Source of the DNA: Propionibacteriaceae bacterium
Lineage (GTDB): Bacteria > Actinomycetota > Actinomycetes > Propionibacteriales > Propionibacteriaceae
Length of the DNA stretch: 64,000 nucleotides
Reading direction: 5' to 3'
Assembly: GCA_017882685.1 (NCBI GenBank)
Contig: JADGPA010000109.1
Span: 7,865 to 71,864, forward strand
A program made the position numbers and the translations under genes. Below are positions 1 through 9,073 of this stretch, piece by piece. Within the stretch, counting starts at the first letter, position 1; each line of letters starts with the position of its first letter. Below the pieces are notes generated by a model. It saw nothing but the letters and a program-made list of their open reading frames with translations, made no database searches and was not told the DNA's origin.

Positions 1-139
1 GCTGCGCGCGGCCTGCGTCGAGCTGCCCGAACCAAAGCTCGAGGACAGCTGGCACCAGGTGTACGCCAACACCCCCGACCTGCTGGAGAACCAGCGCACC
101 GAATACCTCGCCTACCAGGCCGCCTTCGAGGTGAACTGA
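1..139 (+). CDS. pdhA: 2-oxoacid (pyruvate/branched-chain) dehydrogenase E1 alpha subunit, C-terminal fragment (runs off window start)
   Basis: Frame 2 reads LRAACVELPEPKLEDSWHQVYANTPDLLENQRTEYLAYQAAFEVN*; TGA 137-139 overlaps the E1 beta ATG; position in an E1a-E1b-E2 operon. Confidence 0.75.
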   Translation, partial: LRAACVELPEPKLEDSWHQVYANTPDLLENQRTEYLAYQAAFEVN

Positions 140-1116
140 TGAACCTGACCATGGCCAAGGCGCTCAACGCCGGCCTCCGCCGGGCACTCGGCGCCGACCC
201 CAAGGTGCTGCTGGCCGGTGAGGACATCGGCAAGCTCGGCGGCGTCTTCCGGGTTACAGAAGGCCTCCAGGCCGAGTTCGGGCCCGACCGGGTGGTCGAC
301 TCCCCGCTCGCAGAGGCCGGCATCGTCGGCACAGCCGTCGGACTCGCGATGCGCGGCTACCGTCCCGTGGTGGAGATCCAGTTCGACGGCTTCGTCTACC
401 CCGCCTTCGACCAGATCGTCAGCCAGGTCTCCCGCATCCGGTTCCGCTCCGGCGGTCAGTTCGGCGTCCCGCTGGTGGTCCGGATCCCCTTCGGCGGTGG
501 TATCGGCGCGATCGAGCACCACAGCGAGTCCCCCGAGGCGTACTTCGCGCACACCCCTGGCCTGAAGGTGGTCACGTGTTCCAACCCGCTGGACGCTTAC
601 TGGATGATCCAGCAGGCCATTGCCGACGATGACCCGGTGATCTTCTTCGAGCCCAAGCGCCGCTACCACGAGAAGGGCGAGGTGGACACCGATGCCGACG
701 ACGCCCCGATGTCGCTCTACCAGGCGCGCGTGGTCAAGCCCGGCACCGATGCAACCCTGATCGCCTACGGGCCGATGGTGCGCACCTGCGTCGAGGCAGC
801 GATCGCTGCTGACAAGGAAGGCCGCAACCTCGAGGTTGTCGACCTGCGATCGTTGTCGCCGCTGGACGACGCGACGATCCTCGCCTCCGTCCGCCGGACC
901 GGGCGCGCGATCGTCGTGCACGAAGCCGTGGGGACGCTGGGCATGGGCGCCGAGATCGCCGCGCGGATCCAGGCCGAATGCTTCTTCGAACTGCAGGCGC
1001 CGGTGCTTCGCGTGACCGGCTACGACCTTCCCTACCCGCCCAGCCGGACCGAAGATGGATACCTGCCCGACCTGGATCGGGTGCTGGACGCCGTCGACCG
1101 CTCCCTGGCCTACTGA
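139..1116 (+). CDS. pdhB: 2-oxoacid dehydrogenase E1 beta subunit
   Basis: GEDIGKLGGVFRVT, DSPLAEAGIVG, EIQFDGF, EHHSESPE motifs. Confidence 0.93.
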   Translation: MNLTMAKALNAGLRRALGADPKVLLAGEDIGKLGGVFRVTEGLQAEFGPDRVVDSPLAEAGIVGTAVGLAMRGYRPVVEIQFDGFVYPAFDQIVSQVSRIRFRSGGQFGVPLVVRIPFGGGIGAIEHHSESPEAYFAHTPGLKVVTCSNPLDAYWMIQQAIADDDPVIFFEPKRRYHEKGEVDTDADDAPMSLYQARVVKPGTDATLIAYGPMVRTCVEAAIAADKEGRNLEVVDLRSLSPLDDATILASVRRTGRAIVVHEAVGTLGMGAEIAARIQAECFFELQAPVLRVTGYDLPYPPSRTEDGYLPDLDRVLDAVDRSLAY

Positions 1117-1129
1117 GAGAGACCTGCTG

Positions 1130-2572
1130 ATGCGTGAGTTCAAGTTGCCCGACCCTGGCGAAGGCCTGCTCGAGGCCGAGATCGTCTCCTGGAAGGTGAA
1201 GGTGGGCGATCAGGTCGCGGTGAACGACATCCTGCTGGAGATCGAGACCGCCAAGTCGCTGGTCGAGCTGCCTTCGCCGTTCGCTGGGGTGGTTGCAGAG
1301 GTGCTGGTGGCCGAGGGCGAGACCGTCGAGGTGGGTACGCCGATCATCCGGATCAACGATTCAGTTGAAATACTGGGTGAGACTTCGGAAGAGCCTTTGG
1401 TCGAGCATGTCGGGACCACAACTGTCACCGGCAACGTGCAGGACGACCTGGGCGAGGTTCCGGTGGCGACTCCGGACGCGAGTGGCTCGATGCTGGTTGG
1501 CTACGGCGCCAAGGCCGGCTCGATCAGCCGGCGGCCCCGGCGGGCTACGGGCACCGTGTCGGTTTCAGGACCGGCGACCGACCAGGTGCACGAGTCCTAC
1601 GACACCGCCACCCCGGTCTCCCGACACACCGACGACGTCACCCCGTCCTCGCCGCTGTCGGCCAGCCCGTCCGGTGAGCAGCTGCCGCAGCCCGGGCGCC
1701 CCGCGCGCGAGGTCGAGAGCGGCCGTCCGCCGCTTGCCAAGCCGCCCGTGCGACGCATCGCCCGCGACCTGGGCATCGACCTCACCCAGGTGCCGGGGTC
1801 CGGCCCGGGCGGCACGATCACCGCCGAGGACGTGGTGACCGCAGCGCAGGGCGGGCGTCCGTCCACGGGTGATCGGCGCGTGCAGCTGAAGGGCATCCGT
1901 CGCGAGATGTTCCGGGCCATGACAGCGTCCCTGAACGTCCCGCAGGCAACAGCCTTCTCCGAGGTGGATGTCACCGGCACGATGGAACTGATCGAGAACC
2001 TGCGCGGCCGCCGCGAGTTCGCCGGGCTGCGGATCTCACCCCTGCTGGTGTTCGCCAAGGCTGCCTGCCTCGCGATCGCCCGCAACCCCGAGATCAACTC
2101 CAGCTTCGACGAGGCGACCGAGGAGATGGTGCTGCACGGCGACGTGAACCTCGGCATCGCCGCCGCCACCCCGCGCGGCCTGGTTGTGCCGAACATCAAA
2201 CGGGCGGGTCGGATGAACCTGCTCGAGCTCGCGCAGTCGCTGAACGAGATGGTCGCCGTGGCCAAGCAGGGCCGGGTGCAGCCCGGAGACCTGGCGCTGG
2301 GTACGTTCACGATCACCAACGTCGGTGTCTTCGGCGTGGACGGCGGTACGCCGATCATGAACCCCGGCGAGGCGGCGATCATGTGCCTGGGCACCGTCCG
2401 CCGCAAGCCGTGGGTGATGGGCACCGGTGAGGACGAGCGCATCGAGATCCGTTCGGTCTGCACCGTCTCCCTGACCTTCGACCACCGCCTGGTGGACGGG
2501 GAGATGGGCTCGAAGTTCCTCGCCGACGTGGCCACGATCATGAGCGACCCTGGCCTGTCCCTGCTGTTCTGA
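1130..2572 (+). CDS. pdhC: Dihydrolipoamide acyltransferase (E2)
   Basis: Start MREFKLPDPGEG; lipoyl motif IETAKSLVEL; E3-binding AKPPVRRIARDLGIDL; catalytic DHRLVDG. Confidence 0.92.
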   Translation: MREFKLPDPGEGLLEAEIVSWKVKVGDQVAVNDILLEIETAKSLVELPSPFAGVVAEVLVAEGETVEVGTPIIRINDSVEILGETSEEPLVEHVGTTTVTGNVQDDLGEVPVATPDASGSMLVGYGAKAGSISRRPRRATGTVSVSGPATDQVHESYDTATPVSRHTDDVTPSSPLSASPSGEQLPQPGRPAREVESGRPPLAKPPVRRIARDLGIDLTQVPGSGPGGTITAEDVVTAAQGGRPSTGDRRVQLKGIRREMFRAMTASLNVPQATAFSEVDVTGTMELIENLRGRREFAGLRISPLLVFAKAACLAIARNPEINSSFDEATEEMVLHGDVNLGIAAATPRGLVVPNIKRAGRMNLLELAQSLNEMVAVAKQGRVQPGDLALGTFTITNVGVFGVDGGTPIMNPGEAAIMCLGTVRRKPWVMGTGEDERIEIRSVCTVSLTFDHRLVDGEMGSKFLADVATIMSDPGLSLLF

Positions 2573-2597
2573 CTCGCTCGCCACCCCGCCCCTCCCC

Positions 2598-2657
2598 GCT
2601 CCCGAAACGTTCCCTCGCTCCCGAAATTCCGGGAGGAAGAGCACAGTTCGGGAGCGA
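2598..2657. repeat. 60-bp palindromic intergenic repeat, family B copy 1
   Basis: GCTCCCGAAACG...CTCCCGAAATTCCGGGAG...TCGGGAGCGA; 52/60 identical to 30943-31002. Confidence 0.8.
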
Positions 2658-2687
2658 ACACGCAGGAGATGGGTCTAGCGTGCCGGA

Positions 2688-4436
2688 ATGGGCCGACCCG
2701 ACCATCGTGTGACCGCCGTACTCGCCGGAGCGGGTGCACTCTCCCTTGTGGTTGGCTGTGCGACGTTCCCGGAGCGGATGGGTGTCGTCGCCCGGACGCC
2801 TGTGGCGACCGCGGCTGCGCGTGCGCTGGCGGCCCCCGCGCAGGTGCTGCCTCAGGCGAGCGCGGCCGTGCGAAAGCCGGTGTGGGTGCGCCGCATCGAC
2901 CCAGGACAGACGGGCTGGTTCTCCTCGCCGTCCCTCGTCGACCTGAACGGTGACGGACTCAAGGAAATCGTCGCGCCGCTGTACTCGACTTACGTCTACT
3001 CCGCCCCCGGCGCCAAGCTGGCCACCGGCACGGCAACGTCCGGACGCGTCTACGCCCCGTCCGTCGTTGCCGATCTCGATGGCGACGGGGTCACGGAGAT
3101 CGTGGTCGGTGGCAGCGGCACGGTCGGCGCCTACGAGTGGCGGAACGGCCAACTGGTCATCAAGCCCGGTTGGCCGGCGTCGGTCGCTAGCGGCGGCCAG
3201 AAACCCGAGGTGCGCGGCCTCGCCGCTGCAGACCTCGACGGCGATGGCGCCCTCGAGGTGGTCGCCACCACGACGAACACGTCTTCCACGGGGGCGCAGG
3301 TGTTCGTGTTCGCCGCGAACGGGTCGCTGTACCAGCCGGCCGGCGGCCACAGCCCGGCGTGGCCGCGGTACAACCAGCTCACGGGCGCAGGCAACGACAA
3401 GGGCTTCAACGGCCAGGGCAACGACGGCTACGGCGCCTACGGGTTGAACGTCGGCATCGGTCAGCTGGACGACGACCCGCAGCTCGAGATCGTCGTTACC
3501 TTCGACAACCACCAGATCAACCTGTTCAACCACGACGGCACGTCCGTGCTCGCCTCGGACTGGTACACCAACCGGGCCAGCGCCTACGCGGGTCAACGGC
3601 TCGGCTGGGGCCAGTTCATCCGCTGGCAGTCCATGTCGGTGGAGGACGCCCAGAACCACGCACACACCGGGTCCTGGCCGAGCCCGAAGAAGACCTCCTG
3701 GTTGCAATGGACGGCCTCCCCGCCGTCCATCGGAGACCTCGACGGCGACGGCCACGCCGAAGTGATAGGCATCCCCAACGTGGAGAAGAAGATTCCATAC
3801 GTGACCCAGTCCCACGCGGTGATGGTCCTGGACGGGGCGCAGAACGGCGGCGCCCGGTCGGGGCGGCGGCACGTCGGGTTCACGACGCTGCCGAAGACAG
3901 GGAAGCCGATTGTCCGGAAGTCCGGCGACTGGTACCCACCCGACGGCATCCCTGCGCCGACCCTTGTCGACCTCACCGGCGACGGCAAGCTCGACATCGT
4001 GTTCCCGGGCAACGACGGCTACGTCTATGCCATCAGTTCGACTGGAAAGCGCTTGTGGCGCTGGGGGTATGCGCCCGGAAAGAAGCGCACCTTCGCCTCG
4101 GAGGTGGTCGCCGCCGACCTGAACGCCGACGGTAGGCCGGAGCTGGTGTTCGGCATGTACGGACGGGTGGCGAAGAGCGGGCGGCTGGTCGTGCTCAACG
4201 CAAAGGGCAAGAAGATCGCCAAGCTCACCGTCCCGAAGCAGGCAAAGGACGGCAACGGCATCGGGATCGCGGCGGCGCCGTCAATCGCCGACCTTGACGG
4301 GAACGGCACCCTCGAGATCGTCACCACCTCGATCGACCACGGCCTCGACGTGTGGACGGTGCCTGGCTCCGTCGCGGGCGCGGCTGCCTGGCCCACTGGG
4401 CGGGGCTCGCTGCTACGTAACGGCAGCGCGTCCTAG
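2688..4436 (+). CDS. Secreted FG-GAP/VCBS-repeat beta-propeller protein
   Basis: N-terminal hydrophobic signal-like segment; many DLxGDGxxE(I/V)V calcium-binding repeats. Confidence 0.8.
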   Translation: MGRPDHRVTAVLAGAGALSLVVGCATFPERMGVVARTPVATAAARALAAPAQVLPQASAAVRKPVWVRRIDPGQTGWFSSPSLVDLNGDGLKEIVAPLYSTYVYSAPGAKLATGTATSGRVYAPSVVADLDGDGVTEIVVGGSGTVGAYEWRNGQLVIKPGWPASVASGGQKPEVRGLAAADLDGDGALEVVATTTNTSSTGAQVFVFAANGSLYQPAGGHSPAWPRYNQLTGAGNDKGFNGQGNDGYGAYGLNVGIGQLDDDPQLEIVVTFDNHQINLFNHDGTSVLASDWYTNRASAYAGQRLGWGQFIRWQSMSVEDAQNHAHTGSWPSPKKTSWLQWTASPPSIGDLDGDGHAEVIGIPNVEKKIPYVTQSHAVMVLDGAQNGGARSGRRHVGFTTLPKTGKPIVRKSGDWYPPDGIPAPTLVDLTGDGKLDIVFPGNDGYVYAISSTGKRLWRWGYAPGKKRTFASEVVAADLNADGRPELVFGMYGRVAKSGRLVVLNAKGKKIAKLTVPKQAKDGNGIGIAAAPSIADLDGNGTLEIVTTSIDHGLDVWTVPGSVAGAAAWPTGRGSLLRNGSAS

Positions 4437-4445
4437 AGTTCAGGC

Positions 4446-5354
4446 GTGTCCACTCGCGCTGATGTGCTGATCGCCGCCGATGACCTGCCCGCCGCGCTGG
4501 CCGCGGGCGCGCAACTGCTCGATGTCCGCTGGAGGCTGGGCGAGCGTGCTGGTAGCGGCTTCGAGCGCTACCTGCAGGGCCACCTGCCCGACGCCCGCTT
4601 CCTCGACCTGGAAGGTGTGCTGACCGGACCGACCACCGACCCGACGCTGGGCCGGCATCCGCTACCAGATATCGACCAGCTCGGCGCCGGCCTCGGTGCC
4701 CTCGGCGTCGATCCGGCCAGGCCGATCGTTGTCTATGACGAGCCGGGCTCCTTCGCCGCCGGCCGCGCCTGGTGGGTGCTGCGGTGGGCCGGGCTCGACG
4801 CGCGCGTCCTTGACGGTGGGGTCGCGGCCTGGGTTGCCGCAGGAAACCTGCTGGAGACCGAGGAGCCGCCTGCGGCTCATGGGATTCCGCTGGCGCTCAC
4901 TGCGGGACACCTGCCCACGCTGGACGCGGACGGCGTGGCTGCCTTCGACGGCACCCTTATCGACGTCCGGGCGCCCGAGCGGTATCGCGGCGAGGTGGAG
5001 CCCATCGACGCAAGCGCCGGCCACATCCCTGGCGCGGTGAACCGTCCGGTCGGCGGCTACTGGGCCGCCGACGGAACGCTCCCAGACGAGGAGAAGTTGC
5101 GCGGGCTGTTGGCCCTGCCTCTCTCCACGAGCCCTGAGGAGGGAGCGGAGCTACCGTCACTGTCCACGAGCCCTGAGGAGGGAGCGGAGCGACCGTCACG
5201 AAGGGTCGCGGTCTACTGCGGCTCCGGGGTCTCGGCAGCTCAGGTGGTGCTTGCCCTGGCCAGCCTCGGGGTGGACGCAGCGCTCTACCCGCCGTCCTGG
5301 TCGGGCTGGTCGGCCGATCCGTCCCGGCCAGTGGCTGTGGGGACGCAGGAATGA
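4446..5354 (+). CDS. sseA: Sulfurtransferase (double rhodanese, SseA-like) carrying an in-frame repeat insertion
   Basis: LLDVRW, GHLPDA, GRHPLP, GHIPGA, active-site YCGSGVSA, YPPSWSGW. Confidence 0.88.
   Translation: MSTRADVLIAADDLPAALAAGAQLLDVRWRLGERAGSGFERYLQGHLPDARFLDLEGVLTGPTTDPTLGRHPLPDIDQLGAGLGALGVDPARPIVVYDEPGSFAAGRAWWVLRWAGLDARVLDGGVAAWVAAGNLLETEEPPAAHGIPLALTAGHLPTLDADGVAAFDGTLIDVRAPERYRGEVEPIDASAGHIPGAVNRPVGGYWAADGTLPDEEKLRGLLALPLSTSPEEGAELPSLSTSPEEGAERPSRRVAVYCGSGVSAAQVVLALASLGVDAALYPPSWSGWSADPSRPVAVGTQE
5124..5205 (+). repeat. Family A palindromic repeat, tandemly duplicated with 39-bp period, in-frame inside sseA
   Basis: TCCACGAGCCCTGAGGAGGGAGCGGAGC(T/G)ACCGTCAC twice, ending GAAGGG; encodes LSTSPEEGAELPS-LSTSPEEGAERPSRR. 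Confidence 0.85.
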
Positions 5355-6469
5355 AGCCCCCTGCTGTGGTGGCCACGAGACTTGACCACATCCGGGCGAA
5401 CCTGGAGGTCATCCGGGAACGGGTGGGCTCCCGAAAAGTGCTGGCTGCCGTGAAGGCCGACGCCTACGGCCATGGCGCGGTCCCGGTGTCACAGATGATC
5501 CAGGAGACCCGGGCGGCCGACTGGCTCGGCGTCGCGAACGTCGCCGAGGGCGTGGAACTGCGGGTGGCGGGCGTGAGGATGCCGATCCTGAAGTTCTCTG
5601 TTGCCCGCGGTGACGAGGTGGCCGTCGCCGTCGCGTCCGACCTTGCGCTGTGCGTCGTCGATGCCGAATCGATCGCAGAGACTGCGGTCGCGGCCGGCAG
5701 CCAGGGGGTCATCGCCGAGGTGCACCTGAAGGTGGACACCGGCATGCGGCGGATCGGCTGCCTTCCGGAGCAGGCGCCCGAACTGGCGAAGCTGATCGAC
5801 GCCGTGCCCGGTCTGCGGCTGGGCGGTCTGATGTCGCACCTGCCGATCTCGGACTCACCGGCGGGGGATGAGTTCACCCGCGCCCAGATCGAGCTCTTCC
5901 GCACCGCCGTCGAGAACGTTGTGGCGGCTCGCGGGCCGGTGCCGCTGGTGCACCTGGCCAACTCCGGCGGCGTCCTTGCCCACCCCGACTCGTGGTTCGA
6001 CATGGTGCGTCCCGGCGTCATGATCTACGGCGCCTATCCCGATCCGGCGGTGCCGCGGACGGTTCCGCTGCTGCCCGGCCTCGAATGGCGCTCCCGGGTG
6101 ACCTTCGTCAAGCAGGTCGCCGCGGGCGAGACCGTCGGTTACGGCCGCACCTGGACCGCTGAGCAGGACACCTGGATCGCCACCGTCCCGATCGGCTACG
6201 GCGACGGCTACTCCCGGCTGCTGTCGAACCGTGGCCGGATGCTCGTCGCCGGCCGCAGCTACCCCATCGCCGGCCGGGTCTGCATGGATCAGACGATGAT
6301 CGACCTCGGTCCCCGGACCGACGTCACAGTCGGGGACGACGTTGTGCTCGTCGGCCGGAGCGGGGCGGAAGAGATCACGACGACCGAGATCGCCGGGCTG
6401 ATGGGCACGATCCCCTACGAGGTGACCTGCCTGATCACGCGCCGGGTCGCCCGGACGTTCATCTCCTGA
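5351..6469 (+). CDS. alr: Alanine racemase
   Basis: AVKADAYGHG PLP-lysine motif, HLKVDTGMRRIG, GYGDG, GRVCMDQ, GTIPYE. Confidence 0.96.
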   Translation: MKPPAVVATRLDHIRANLEVIRERVGSRKVLAAVKADAYGHGAVPVSQMIQETRAADWLGVANVAEGVELRVAGVRMPILKFSVARGDEVAVAVASDLALCVVDAESIAETAVAAGSQGVIAEVHLKVDTGMRRIGCLPEQAPELAKLIDAVPGLRLGGLMSHLPISDSPAGDEFTRAQIELFRTAVENVVAARGPVPLVHLANSGGVLAHPDSWFDMVRPGVMIYGAYPDPAVPRTVPLLPGLEWRSRVTFVKQVAAGETVGYGRTWTAEQDTWIATVPIGYGDGYSRLLSNRGRMLVAGRSYPIAGRVCMDQTMIDLGPRTDVTVGDDVVLVGRSGAEEITTTEIAGLMGTIPYEVTCLITRRVARTFIS

Positions 6470-6518
6470 CGGTCCGTGAGGAGCCTCGTTAGCGCAGCGA
6501 GCGAGGCGTCACGAAGGG
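6469..6518 (+). repeat. Family A palindromic repeat filling the convergent alr/EcsC intergenic gap (may act as terminator)
   Basis: ACGGTCCGTGAGGAG-CCTCG-TTAGCGCAGCGAG-CGAGG-CGTCACGAAGGG. Confidence 0.85.
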
Positions 6519-7202
6519 CTACTGCCGCGGAATGGACGCCTGTTGGCGGGCGATGAACTCACGCTTGGCGTAGGCGGCGAGGCCGAAGGTCAGCCAGCCG
6601 TCGACGGCAGCGCCGACGCCGCCACCAACGAGCGGGATCCGGCGGACGACAACGACAGCCAGGTGCTTGCCGCCCATGCGTCCGGCCAGTGAGCCCATCA
6701 CGCGTTCGCTGATCTTCCGCTCGAGGTCGGCGTCGAACATCGGGGACGTCGCGATCACCAGCGGGGTTGTCGGAAGCTTGCCCTCGGACACCAGGCGGCG
6801 CACCTCGTCATCGCCGAGCATGGCCAACGTCAGGGCTGCGCGGACCCGACGGTCGTCCACGTCATAGCCGCGCAGGTGGGCGATCGAGCCGATCATCCGG
6901 ACGCTCAGTACAGCGAGACCGGCGAGGTTGGCCGGCAGGCCGACGGGCAGGGTGATCAGGCCGCCGACGCTGGTGAGGAACCCCTGGGCCGAGGCGAGGC
7001 CGATGTGCTGCATCACGATCGAATCGATCGCAGCCTCACGCTCGCCCTTGGACTGCAGGGAGCGGGCGGCCGTGGTCTTCGCTCCCGGGAAGGCGGTGTT
7101 GCCGTTGATGGCGAACTCGATGATGCTGCGCAACAGGCCACCGGCCACTTCCGGAGTGCGGGTGACCAGCTGCTTGCCGAAGTCGGAGGCAGCATTCGCC
7201 AT
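6519..7202 (-). CDS. EcsC-family protein
   Basis: QGFLTSVGGLITLPVGLPANL, IAHLRGYD, IPLVGGGVGA; GGAGG-like RBS context. Confidence 0.75.
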   Translation of the reverse strand: MANAASDFGKQLVTRTPEVAGGLLRSIIEFAINGNTAFPGAKTTAARSLQSKGEREAAIDSIVMQHIGLASAQGFLTSVGGLITLPVGLPANLAGLAVLSVRMIGSIAHLRGYDVDDRRVRAALTLAMLGDDEVRRLVSEGKLPTTPLVIATSPMFDADLERKISERVMGSLAGRMGGKHLAVVVVRRIPLVGGGVGAAVDGWLTFGLAAYAKREFIARQQASIPRQ

Positions 7203-7392
7203 CGGAGGTTCCTTTCGGTCGCTGACCCCACCAGCGTAGGCCGGGACGCGAAGCCCGCGGCAGGGGGCGCCGTCCCGGAGCTGACCCCGGCCCGACCCGG
7301 ACGCTCAACTCGCGCTCGGAGTCGCGGCCGGGCTCGCGGTTGGGGTCGAAAGGGTCGGTTCGGGCGTGAGTGTCGCTGTGCAGCCCGGGGGT

Positions 7393-7414
7393 TGTCGTGG
7401 CCGGCTGGCACAAT
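7393..7414 (+). promoter_or_regulatory. Possible PafBC/RecA-NDp-like leaderless promoter of aat-fpg
   Basis: TGTCGT-N10-CACAAT-N6-ATG(7421); one mismatch in each box versus TGTCGG-N10-TANNNT. Confidence 0.35.
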
Positions 7415-7420
7415 CGGGCC

Positions 7421-8113
7421 ATGGCACGCCGTCCAGGCATCTTCGGACCCGCGCAGGACTGGCCAGAGCAGGACCTGATCGCGTTCTCGGCCGAGTTCGA
7501 CGAGGGCCTGGTGCTGGCTGCCTACACCGAGGGCGTGTTCCCGATGCCGCTGCACGAATCGGGCTTCGGCCAGATGGGCTGGTGGTCGCCGCTGCAGCGC
7601 GGGGTGCTCCCGCTGGACGCCGTCCGCGTGCCGCGGTCGCTGCGCAAGTCCGCCCGGCACTACACCACCACCATCGACGCCGCCTTCGAGCAGGTCCTCG
7701 ACCGCTGCGCCGACCCGCAGCGCTTGCACGGCTGGATCGACGCCGACGTCCGCCGCATCTACACCTCACTGCACCGTGCCGGCCGCGTCCACTCTGTGGA
7801 GACCTGGGACGCAGAAGGGCGCCTCGTCGGCGGCCTCTACGGGGTGTCGATGGGCGGCCTGTTCGCCGGGGAGTCGATGTTCCACGACCCGGTGCACGGC
7901 CGGGACGCATCCAAGGTCGCCCTTGTTGCACTGGTGGCGATGCTGTACGACGAGCATGCTGAAGACCGCATCATCGACGTCCAGTGGCAGACCGACCACC
8001 TCGCCACCCTTGGGGCGATCGAGGTGGAAAGGGAGGAATACCTGGGCCTGCTGGCCGAGGCGCTCAGCGTCCCCGAGCCGGCGTGGCCCGCACGGAAGGA
8101 GGACCATGCCTGA
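7421..8113 (+). CDS. aat: Leucyl/phenylalanyl-tRNA--protein transferase
   Basis: AYTEGVFPM, WWSP, RSLRK, HSVETW, GGLYGV, FAGESMF, DASKVAL. Confidence 0.93.
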   Translation: MARRPGIFGPAQDWPEQDLIAFSAEFDEGLVLAAYTEGVFPMPLHESGFGQMGWWSPLQRGVLPLDAVRVPRSLRKSARHYTTTIDAAFEQVLDRCADPQRLHGWIDADVRRIYTSLHRAGRVHSVETWDAEGRLVGGLYGVSMGGLFAGESMFHDPVHGRDASKVALVALVAMLYDEHAEDRIIDVQWQTDHLATLGAIEVEREEYLGLLAEALSVPEPAWPARKEDHA

Positions 8114-8969
8114 ACTACCCGAGGTGGAGGCCCTGCGCACCTTCCTCGCCAACACCTGCGTCGGCAAGACGATCGCGCGCACAGAACTCGCGGCGTTCGC
8201 GAGCCTGAAGACCTTCGAGGTGCCGCTGTCGGCCCTGCACGGCCTCGAGGTGGACGGGGTGGAGCGGCGCGGCAAGTTCATCTGCCTGTCCGTGGGCGGA
8301 TTGTGGCTGGTGTTCCACCTTGCCCGCGGCGGCTGGCTCACCTGGAAGGACGCGATGCCGCTCAAGCCTGCGCGGCCAGGTCGTGGCCCGCTGGCAGCAC
8401 GGGTGGTCTTCGACGACGACACCGGCTTCGAACTCACCGAGTACGGCACGCAGAAACGCCTCGCGCTGTACGTCGTGACAAGTCTCGACCAGGTGCCCGG
8501 CATCGTCAGCCTCGGGCCCGATCCGATGGCAGCGGAGTTCACCCCCGACGTGCTGGCCGGCATCCTTGATGCGGCCGGACGCTCCCAGCTGAAGGGGGTG
8601 CTGCGCGACCAGCGGACCATCGCCGGCATCGGCAACGCCTGCTCCGACGAGATCCTGCACAGAGCGTTGCTCAGCCCGTTCAAGCCGGCAAGCGGACTGG
8701 ACGCCGCAGAGCGGGCCACGCTGTACGAGGCGATCCGCACGGAACTCGCCGATGCGGTCGGACGTTCGGCAGGGCTGGCGGCCAAGGAACTCAAGGGCGC
8801 CAAGTTGCTCAACCTGCGGGTGCACGGCAAGACGGGCCAGCCCTGCCCGATCTGCGGCGCGACGATCGCAGAGGTCTCGTTCGCCGACAGCTCGCTGCAG
8901 TACTGCCCCGGCTGCCAGACGGGTGGCAAGCTGCTGGCCGATCGGCGGCTGTCGCGGTTGTTGAAGTAG
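8106..8969 (+). CDS. Fpg/Nei-family DNA glycosylase
   Basis: MPELPEVE N-terminus, RRGKF, H2TH AGIGN, C-terminal zinc finger CPIC...CPGCQ. Confidence 0.92.
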   Translation: MPELPEVEALRTFLANTCVGKTIARTELAAFASLKTFEVPLSALHGLEVDGVERRGKFICLSVGGLWLVFHLARGGWLTWKDAMPLKPARPGRGPLAARVVFDDDTGFELTEYGTQKRLALYVVTSLDQVPGIVSLGPDPMAAEFTPDVLAGILDAAGRSQLKGVLRDQRTIAGIGNACSDEILHRALLSPFKPASGLDAAERATLYEAIRTELADAVGRSAGLAAKELKGAKLLNLRVHGKTGQPCPICGATIAEVSFADSSLQYCPGCQTGGKLLADRRLSRLLK

Positions 8970-9073
8970 TAGCCCGCGAGCGTGGGTAACGGTCCGGTAT
9001 CGGCTCCGGGCAGGCGCCAACCCGGTCAGCGTGACCCGGTAGCCTGCTTGCGATGCCAACATTTCGGGGGAAC

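Noticed and set aside
7300-7380. Imperfect palindrome between the EcsC-family gene and aat
   Set aside because: Single copy in the window with weak pairing; cannot be supported as an element or RNA.
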